A DNA stretch of 64,000 nt. It comes from Flectonema sp. DT1601 (Eukaryota). Under the pieces are notes generated by a model. That model ran no database searches. It had not been told where the DNA came from and was given only the letters and a program-made list of their open reading frames with translations. Shown one piece after another: positions 57,101-64,000 of this stretch; positions within the stretch are counted from its first letter, which is position 1; each line of letters begins with the position of its first letter. The position numbers and the translations under genes are program-made. The stretch lies in the NCBI GenBank assembly GCA_964019425.1, contig OZ025785.1, positions 1,116,001 through 1,180,000 of the forward strand, written 5' to 3'.

Positions 57101-60100
57101 ACTTCTAACTGGAAAAAGATATCCAGAACTAGGACCCTGCACTACTCGTATTGCAACTCTACTGGAGGATGATTTCATCTCAGCAGGTAATCAAGCTCTC
57201 AGAACTTCAGACCTGCTAAAAGAATTGAGATCGCTGTCAATGAAAGTAATCAATCAACCAGATGATGTTACTGCCGCTGATATAAAACAATTAGCAACAC
57301 GAGTTGAAACACAATCAATGAAACACATCTTAACAACAACTGCAGCAGCAAGAGATTGTGATGATATAAAATTAACTGAAGAAGGACTGCAAGAAGTGTC
57401 TGGTTGTGGAGGTTTAGCTGGAGGAAAAACAGCTCTTCAGCTAGCGTCGTCGTGTGCTAACCTTTTAGGCAAGACAGCTTCAGTTGATGGTAGTAGTATT
57501 GAGTCGTTAGTTAGAGAAGTGTCTCAAATTATATTAGAACTCGAATCACTATCGAGTAGCTCAACACAACCAGAATCAGCTGTGTCATTATCATCGAATA
57601 CTGCAACACAATTACTTAAAGAAGTACTTCAACATTTGTCATCTCCAGAACCCAACATCTCTGATGCAGTAATCGTCTTAGGATCAGTTGGCGCATCTTT
57701 ACGAAGCGGAGCTGAGATTCAATCACTGTCGGCTAAGGCGGCTTCGTTTTTAAAATCATCTCAAAGCAACGGTATTTCACTGAGTAGTTCCTTATTACAA
57801 GTTGCGGAACTACTCTCTTCGAGAAGTGAGTTTGATCATCCAGGTCTCCTTGGAATGATATTATCAGATTTAAGGTCATCAATTCTTCAGGATTGTAGTT
57901 CTCTTGTTACAGATCCAGACGGTGAGGAACGTATTGGTGATTATCACACACTGAAATTATCAAAACTAGCTGGTATATTCATCGGACCAGAACAAGCCGC
58001 TTCGAAGTTATTAGCTTCCGCTGTTCCTTCTCTTGACAGTGTGATTGGGTCATCTGAATTATTATTTAATGATGCGAAGAGTTGTTTGATTAAAGAATCA
58101 ATCTTGGCAGCGGAACTATCAGAAACAGCGAACCTATCGAAAAGTGAAGTTACTGTAATTGACTTAGCGAGACTAATACAAAATGGATGTATTACTCCTT
58201 CACAGACTAACCTCGATCTGATTTCACGTTTCTTAGAAGAACAGACGAGTGAAATTGATAAGTTTTCGATCCTAGGACAGGCACTGACGATTACTGAAGA
58301 GTTAATATCTGACTCGAAGGACACAAGTAGTTGTCACGCTGTTGTGTTAAACGGATTGTCTTCCACTGCAATTGCGAGAAAATCTGTAAATGCGCTTCTT
58401 AAAATCATATCAGACCCAGAAATAATCCAGCAGCCATCACTACTCATCGGAAACCTAACTTCATTATCAACTTGTTGTTTGTCAGCTGCTGCAACTTGTC
58501 CATCAGATGTCGGTAAGAAGCTTCTTGAGAGTGCAGGTGATAGCCTATTGCTTATATCAAAGAATGTTTCTAACTTTGATTCACCTCCGACTCCGTCTGA
58601 AGTAAAGTCTCAGTTGGAAATGGTGAAGTCGGACATATCGAAAGCAGCTGGTTTGAAATATCACAACATTCTAAACGAAGACAACACCACCACAGCGATC
58701 GCGACAGATTCACAGAGTGATGTTACAGCAATTGAAACCCTGCTTACTAGCAAGAGTATTCCTGTTTTTTTAAAAGAAGCTTTGAGGAGTCATCACGAAT
58801 GCACTGGTTCCGACTCCAACAGAGACACAGCTCAGTTATATTCTGCCTTAGTATCTCTTGAGAAAAGTAACGTTTCTGGAGGACATGATGATCCAGGACT
58901 GAAGGCTGCTATTCAAGTGGCATCAAGTGGAGGATCTTTATCTAATATTTGTGAAGTATTAAAAGCTGTTTTACTACGACCACAATTATCTCCAATTCTA
59001 AAGGATAATATTGAATCTGTTCTTTCTCTGTTCGGACCTGACTCTTCTCCTCTTGGTAGGCTCATTGCGAAACTTCAACAACTACGAAAAAGACTTTTAA
59101 AAGGAGAAGTAATCCCCGATGAGTATCTTCGTCAGCTCAGATCTGAAGCATGTACTGTCGCATGTTTGAGTACCGGAGGTCCAGAAACAGTTGCGAAATA
59201 TCTTTCTCAACGATGCCGACACATTGCATCTTCATCTCAAGTTCAAGACCGTCAGAAACTCATAACTTCTCTTTCTAATGCAGCGAATGACTTACCTGCG
59301 GAACAACAAGGCAGTGATGTTATTAACCAGACGTTGTCAACTTTTAAGTCAACTTCAGGTACTGCGAACTTCACCAACCCTCTCAGTGGACAACTTGAGA
59401 AGTTAGGGTTTCGTAAGATTTCTGAAATAGCAAAAGAGATAGAGAGGATTGATCACAGCAGAGTAACTCAACTAAAAGAAGTCACTGATGAGTGCAGAAC
59501 AGTACGACAAAGACATCCAGAGATTGATGCAGCATTAGTGAGAGCTATTAACTTATTAACTTCTGGTGCTTCAGTGATATCAGCTGCTAGTAGTGCATCA
59601 GCAGAGTTAGAGAGATGTTCATCATCACTTGAAGACTCGAGACTCACAGCTGTTGAAGTTTCTGAAGCTGCGAGACTGGTCTCTATATCTTCTGATGATA
59701 AGATAGCAGCCCTCTCACGAGCAGCAGCATCACTGGTCGCGTCATCATCTCGTATTGAAGCCATCCCAGTACAAGAATGTCTTAACGCAGCATCAGATAT
59801 GATAAGTAAAGGTCTACTGCTGTTGGAAAATGGTGAGAACGAATCTGCCGTCACTATCATAAACCACGCCATGCGTACTTCTGAAGCCGCTGCGGGTTGT
59901 GGACCTGCAGCTACCTTAGAAACTATAAAAAGACTCGCAGCAGTCTGTAACTCTATTGATGGTACAACAACTACGTCAAACTCTTTGATATTAAAAGAAC
60001 TTGAAAACGTATTCGATAACATCCCTCCAACAGGTTTATTAAAACACAGTATTGAACTAGCGATGACTGAATGCAAAGACTCCAACCTAAACAGTTGTGG

Positions 60101-63100
60101 AGCTATTCTATCACATGCGGTTGAAAGCTATGAGGAATTGGAAACAACAGTTAACGAAGACGGTAACAACAACAACACTGCGATGTTATTAGGAGCAGCA
60201 GGAAGCGATCAGCTAACAGCAAAGAGTATAGCTGAACGTTTAAACAGACAACTAACACTTGGTCACTATAACTCTACTCTGTCTGCTGTAGAACATTGTT
60301 TATCAGAAGTAACTCCTCACATCACTGTTGGGAATACAATCGATGACAATGATATTCCTCCGTCATCAGACTTTTATGTTCAACCGTTACTCGATGAAAA
60401 TAAAACTCTAAAAGTTAGAATCTTAGAACTTCAAGAAGCAATAAAGGCTAGAGCAGCTGATTTAGAATTATCTGAATCTGAAGAGGACGATGAGGAAATT
60501 CGAAAACTTCAATCTGAGAAGGCAGCTATTGAAGAACAACTATCAACACTTCAAGAACGTCTAAAGGGTGCTATGAACTTAGCGAACACTGTTAGGAGTG
60601 TTCAGAGACATCCGATGTTACCTCAAGCTGTTTCTCGACTTTTAAATGAATCACTCGAAGGGTTCACGTCAGTTGATAAGATTCTTCCTCGTGACTCTGC
60701 AGCCTCCGCCATCCTCGCAGCCAAAGCAGCTGATTTAATTTCTAAAATGGTTGGCAGCAGAGAAGCAGCTTCAGGTTATCAATATGGCTCTTCACTTGTG
60801 CAGTCTCAAGACACTTCTCCATTAGTATCGGAAATGGAACTTCTTGGGAAGCAGCTTCGCATAATCGGAAATACACAGAGTGCTGATATGATTGAAGAAG
60901 CGATCAAGAGATTTATTAACGGAGATAAAGATGGTTCTATATTAGCACTTCAAGCGTCGTCTGCTATTACAGCTGCTCACTCATCTCATGGAGGTGCTCC
61001 AAAAGCTCCTCGAATAGCCGCATTGTTAACAAAGTTCTCAGAGATTAATACTCGAACTCAGAGAGGTGAAAAGGTTCCTCTCGAAGAGTTGACGGCAATC
61101 AGATCTGAAGCATGTCACTTAGCAGGGTTAGGTGAAGGACCAGCAGAAGTAGCAGCAAAGAGATTACTAAATAAGTTCCATCAATCTGAATGTGAAGGAC
61201 AAGAACTTAGCACCGAACAGCTCCTCGAAGAGGCTTCTCAAACAAGTAAACGTCACAGAGAAATATCTCATCTTTTTGGAACAGCATCTGCGAAGATAGC
61301 TGCTGGAGACAAGTCAGCTTTCATCGAAGACATTAGTAACGCCGCAAGTCTTATGGAACAAGTTAGATTGGTATCTCTTGATATTTATGGAATTGTTAGG
61401 AAGATAGGGTCATCTCATCCACCTGCAGAGATTATCGCAACTGCCAGGGGGGTGACTGAAAATGTTCAAAAGATCGTAAAACGTGCGAATGGCACAGCCC
61501 TCCAACAAAAACTAGACAGCGCCTCCACATCAATAGCATCATGTGTTCAGTGTTTGATGGATGGTATGCCAGGGGAAGCAATAAAGTTTGTAATTCAAGC
61601 TGCAGATACCACATCATCAACAGCAGGTTGTGGTCTGAATGGATGTACAGAATCCACACAGAGACTTTCTAGTGCTTGCGCTGAATTAGCATCTCGTTCT
61701 TTAGTTGCAGCAAAGACGTCTTCTCATGCGTCACCACCAAGAGCACTGTCAGGTATATCGTATATAATTAATAAATGTCTTAATCTAATAGACGAAGCTT
61801 CTTCTCTTAGTGAGATGGTTCCTGTTGGTAGTATTCTTAATGTTGGTTTACAGAAGACAGTATCACTACTTCAATGTGCTAATGACTCAATGACTAGAGA
61901 TGATGGTCAACAGATTAACTCACGTGAGATTAGCGAACTTATTACAAATGCTGGAGCAGCTGCTTGGGCTGCTGCTGAAGGAAGAGGAGGGCTAGAGATA
62001 GCTGCGCAGTCTCTTGCAGAAGCGCAAGTATTCTTGCCTTCACACCCGAGGAAATCTGAAGCAATTGTTGAGCAGATCTTGGCTGCGGTACCAACGGCAG
62101 CGTACTCGGTAATCCCAACTCTTGAGGATGAAATTAAAAATATTTCTTCACTCGAATACTCTCCTTCTGCAACTGTCGAAACCCTGTCTAATACTAAGGC
62201 TAAACTATCTGAGATAACTTCAACATTATCAAAGATGGCTGGTGAAGGAACTGGTGATGAATCAGCCGCACTGATCATCGCTGAACAACTTCATGCGATG
62301 ATAAGAAATGTGTTTTCAGACAACTCTTTTAATCCAATCGATTTAGAGCGTGCATACCACAGCGCTGTTTCAGCAGCTGGGTATGGTGCTTCTGCAGGTG
62401 AGGCTGGTTTACTAGCACTCGCTGAAAAACTTCGAACTTGTGAAGTAACCGACTCAGACCCATCTGGAACACTTCAAACAGCTGATCACCTTCTTCAAGT
62501 GAATACCTCAATCTGTGGTGATGATGAAGGAGCTACTAACTTGATGAAGGAATGCCTTCCAATTATTATTTCTGATATTGAAAATGGTGAAATAACACGC
62601 GCGAGACAGACTGCAGAAGCCGCAGCATCTGCAGCTGCTGGTTGCCGAGGAGTAGCTAATCAATTGTGGGCTTTGGAAGAAAGTGCTGATGTGACTGACG
62701 AACAATTATCGCAAGTCGCTGGTAAGGCGTTGGCAGCAGCTCTGAAATCACCGAGTGAATCAGGACAACAATTAATAAGAAAATTAGCTTCAGATATCAC
62801 TGGGAATACTCAACAGATTGGAAGACTTCGAGATACCGCTGCAAGACTAGCGGGACTCACTGTTCGAAGTGCTGTCGTAACTGCGAATGAATTAGCCGAC
62901 ATGTTAACAAAGCTGGCTAATGATTCTACTCAATTATCTCCTTCATCACTTCATGTGATTACAACAGCTGTTCAGGAAGCAGCTGTTAGACACCCGGAGT
63001 CGAGAGCGGCATTACAATCTTGTGCAGACACCATTAGATCAATTACCGATAGATGTGAACAGGGAATCACTCCTGATGTCGATGAATTGTACTCCGCCGC

Positions 63101-64000
63101 TGATGAGTTGCGAAGTATTACTGATGTCGGTGCACTTTTGCGAAGTCTGAGTGCTAAAATAGAAGCTGCCAGGGAATCGAATTCACCGGAAGCCCTACTG
63201 TCGGTATCAGAAACTTGCAGGAATCTCGCAGCACAACATCCAGAACTGGAAGGTTTATTCATGTCTGTCGGTCAGATGCTGGACAACAGTGTTTTTGGTT
63301 CTTCTGGAATGGGAGTTCAAACCCCAACTCAAAACATAACAAGATCACTGCAGGCAGTCTTAAAACATCCTGAATTAGCAAGCAAACATCGAAAGCAGCT
63401 GTCAGAAGTAATTCAGAAATCTGAAAACAATGAAGTTGGGGATACCGAATTATTAAAGACAGCCAACATTGTCATAAGCGAATCATGTCCAACTGAAGTA
63501 CGTGACGCTGTAGTGCAATCTATTGCACGTGAGAATATATTGGGAGCGTTAACAGATGCTATTAGAAAACACAGAGATGCGAGTGGTGATTCACTGGTTG
63601 AGAATGCTCTTGATTTCGCAATTCAACTTCCAAGTCATTCTGAAATGAAATGTTCAGTTATGGATATTCTTGCTATACCTGAAGAAGCGAATCTAGTTGG
63701 TGATGATGTTCGTCAGATATTAAATACTGCTCTCGATGTGGTAAACCTTTCTGAAAAACAGGGTCACGATGCGCAGGCATTATCAACAGCTGCTCTGGTA
63801 CATGGTCAGGAGATAGTAAGAAATTATCAAATTGGTGATAAAAACAATTCACATCATAATCAATTGCACTCATTATCATCTCAATTACAATTATATGGTG
63901 GACATCAAGCAGCATCTGTACTCTCAGAAACCTCAGATATTCTTTCGTCTGCACATGCTACTGGTAATTCAAATACTATGGCAAAGGCTAAAGATGCGGC
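54174..64000 (+). CDS. Giant divergent kinesin-family protein (>3,270 aa, 3'-truncated by the window)
   Basis: ATG at 54174. The frame was open in every segment I translated, including the last bases, and the ORF track lists no terminated ORF for it. Motor motifs IEVWVRARP (54492), DKSFWS, YASQ, GYNYSIMAYGPMRSGKTYTMFG, GLVPR, EVYMNDAYDLL, SSKSH, LVDLAGSE, INKSL, HIPFRDSTLT..L..SLGGNCKT and ET..TLRF. A coiled coil and a long Ala/Ser/Leu-rich helical tail follow. An upstream exon is not excluded. Confidence 0.9.
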   Translation, partial: MRRSGQKSQPASGRYPALPDVAANYHNYERPERRALGSDGVGWNYDRSSAAIVRGAPEDIRRLGSEPLNEIMSSPMRSSPVSTRRSTRRREYHDVSLASINIVKVGIEVWVRARPLLPHENRLTPLPPAVKMYPTDHTGAVTICNPAAMTAAALATSYQSYCVDKSFWSASEQSKSGAKYASQQDIHNSLSEAVDMVYAGYNYSIMAYGPMRSGKTYTMFGPPKTARSRYDDSEVGLVPRLADALIDKISFFNSQNTIRRMYLEMAVVEVYMNDAYDLLNTKSGKPVQVTIQSKQSPYGEQRQASIPGLQWRSVSSRSQFHTVMSDALRKREHARVTDPSVDGSSKSHLIVLLQVTTTFGRSTVPLHNAGLLAEDREERTRFSRSTLTLVDLAGSEDLRKGTIGMTRDETVAINKSLSILRMVLERLSSASTSSPSRFHDNTHIPFRDSTLTKVLINSLGGNCKTVVISTISPHASSYKETKQTLRFSEIVKDVSSLVTYTTPDPTIETRMNQLRRTLQEDMTLSTSQREELKGLLFDESEELRRYEISNRMLQEFESDKVKKRAAHQELVNNFNEIITATGEREQTVESALKEAQQASKIMMDKLAELDSKINRGTGDPNLLHLERQRVGGQLKRAAEQQNKLQGLQSELLSHLDNHNFTHSPAAALERGSFAEGDGDGDAFFEGANPHSQQLPSPAASPSADRSPIVERYESSYSAVPVSPLNEQQSIRKDVAVDTSSLTPVKEHTGTQSEMQTNFASSPRRSLQMDASSSEAPQISAQVLGINNDQGVSVLLSTSTPTRFHYSITVGRSECAPDTPSALTDVMQDPLSCSEAVGIGSLVVNPGRNQTITLPTSMNRQETILSDNQTDTSYCLAFLTEGIGGGSSIGTEVQQIVFSNTASDPERLRDDEALNLSTLLKTLKDLPGDGTGVKHEINNITEAACSLARLGPGAAEVAISKLAQQIHRQEPLTVDEILLTGKRYPELGPCTTRIATLLEDDFISAGNQALRTSDLLKELRSLSMKVINQPDDVTAADIKQLATRVETQSMKHILTTTAAARDCDDIKLTEEGLQEVSGCGGLAGGKTALQLASSCANLLGKTASVDGSSIESLVREVSQIILELESLSSSSTQPESAVSLSSNTATQLLKEVLQHLSSPEPNISDAVIVLGSVGASLRSGAEIQSLSAKAASFLKSSQSNGISLSSSLLQVAELLSSRSEFDHPGLLGMILSDLRSSILQDCSSLVTDPDGEERIGDYHTLKLSKLAGIFIGPEQAASKLLASAVPSLDSVIGSSELLFNDAKSCLIKESILAAELSETANLSKSEVTVIDLARLIQNGCITPSQTNLDLISRFLEEQTSEIDKFSILGQALTITEELISDSKDTSSCHAVVLNGLSSTAIARKSVNALLKIISDPEIIQQPSLLIGNLTSLSTCCLSAAATCPSDVGKKLLESAGDSLLLISKNVSNFDSPPTPSEVKSQLEMVKSDISKAAGLKYHNILNEDNTTTAIATDSQSDVTAIETLLTSKSIPVFLKEALRSHHECTGSDSNRDTAQLYSALVSLEKSNVSGGHDDPGLKAAIQVASSGGSLSNICEVLKAVLLRPQLSPILKDNIESVLSLFGPDSSPLGRLIAKLQQLRKRLLKGEVIPDEYLRQLRSEACTVACLSTGGPETVAKYLSQRCRHIASSSQVQDRQKLITSLSNAANDLPAEQQGSDVINQTLSTFKSTSGTANFTNPLSGQLEKLGFRKISEIAKEIERIDHSRVTQLKEVTDECRTVRQRHPEIDAALVRAINLLTSGASVISAASSASAELERCSSSLEDSRLTAVEVSEAARLVSISSDDKIAALSRAAASLVASSSRIEAIPVQECLNAASDMISKGLLLLENGENESAVTIINHAMRTSEAAAGCGPAATLETIKRLAAVCNSIDGTTTTSNSLILKELENVFDNIPPTGLLKHSIELAMTECKDSNLNSCGAILSHAVESYEELETTVNEDGNNNNTAMLLGAAGSDQLTAKSIAERLNRQLTLGHYNSTLSAVEHCLSEVTPHITVGNTIDDNDIPPSSDFYVQPLLDENKTLKVRILELQEAIKARAADLELSESEEDDEEIRKLQSEKAAIEEQLSTLQERLKGAMNLANTVRSVQRHPMLPQAVSRLLNESLEGFTSVDKILPRDSAASAILAAKAADLISKMVGSREAASGYQYGSSLVQSQDTSPLVSEMELLGKQLRIIGNTQSADMIEEAIKRFINGDKDGSILALQASSAITAAHSSHGGAPKAPRIAALLTKFSEINTRTQRGEKVPLEELTAIRSEACHLAGLGEGPAEVAAKRLLNKFHQSECEGQELSTEQLLEEASQTSKRHREISHLFGTASAKIAAGDKSAFIEDISNAASLMEQVRLVSLDIYGIVRKIGSSHPPAEIIATARGVTENVQKIVKRANGTALQQKLDSASTSIASCVQCLMDGMPGEAIKFVIQAADTTSSTAGCGLNGCTESTQRLSSACAELASRSLVAAKTSSHASPPRALSGISYIINKCLNLIDEASSLSEMVPVGSILNVGLQKTVSLLQCANDSMTRDDGQQINSREISELITNAGAAAWAAAEGRGGLEIAAQSLAEAQVFLPSHPRKSEAIVEQILAAVPTAAYSVIPTLEDEIKNISSLEYSPSATVETLSNTKAKLSEITSTLSKMAGEGTGDESAALIIAEQLHAMIRNVFSDNSFNPIDLERAYHSAVSAAGYGASAGEAGLLALAEKLRTCEVTDSDPSGTLQTADHLLQVNTSICGDDEGATNLMKECLPIIISDIENGEITRARQTAEAAASAAAGCRGVANQLWALEESADVTDEQLSQVAGKALAAALKSPSESGQQLIRKLASDITGNTQQIGRLRDTAARLAGLTVRSAVVTANELADMLTKLANDSTQLSPSSLHVITTAVQEAAVRHPESRAALQSCADTIRSITDRCEQGITPDVDELYSAADELRSITDVGALLRSLSAKIEAARESNSPEALLSVSETCRNLAAQHPELEGLFMSVGQMLDNSVFGSSGMGVQTPTQNITRSLQAVLKHPELASKHRKQLSEVIQKSENNEVGDTELLKTANIVISESCPTEVRDAVVQSIARENILGALTDAIRKHRDASGDSLVENALDFAIQLPSHSEMKCSVMDILAIPEEANLVGDDVRQILNTALDVVNLSEKQGHDAQALSTAALVHGQEIVRNYQIGDKNNSHHNQLHSLSSQLQLYGGHQAASVLSETSDILSSAHATGNSNTMAKAKDA

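Noticed and set aside
1..64000. Prokaryotic origin, CRISPR arrays, rRNA or tRNA genes
   Set aside because: Spliceosomal introns, a kinesin and homopolymer-rich spacers indicate a eukaryote. No repeat-spacer array or structural RNA was recognised by eye.

Overview
Eukaryotic (protist-type) genomic DNA. All credible genes are on the + strand and carry short GT-AG introns. The main feature is a giant 4-exon gene (11994..45449, about 10,936 aa, with one 31.15-kb exon). It encodes a secreted Cys-rich mosaic protein: signal peptide, a leishmanolysin/GP63 (peptidase M8)-like domain lacking two of three zinc-ligand histidines, and about 25 Ig-like repeats. C-type lectin, WSC, PAN/Apple and Kelch modules are inserted inside those repeats. 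CBM-like, EGF, LamG-like, Cys-rich and discoidin-like modules follow, and there is no C-terminal anchor. Bases 1..10420 are an apparently identical upstream tandem copy of the 3' part of this gene (offset 35,121). Downstream are four AT-richer genes: an intronless GT61-like glycosyltransferase, a TM-PDZ-EF-hand protein (3 exons), a 73-aa I9-inhibitor-like protein (2 exons), and a >3,270-aa divergent kinesin that runs off the window and is missing from the ORF track. Introns have U-rich 5' ends and A-rich 3' ends with no polypyrimidine tract. Pyrimidine-rich AG sites lie just upstream of start codons. Together with the co-directional genes this suggests a trans-splicing euglenozoan such as a diplonemid (inference). 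All domain calls come from motif recognition by eye, not database searches.
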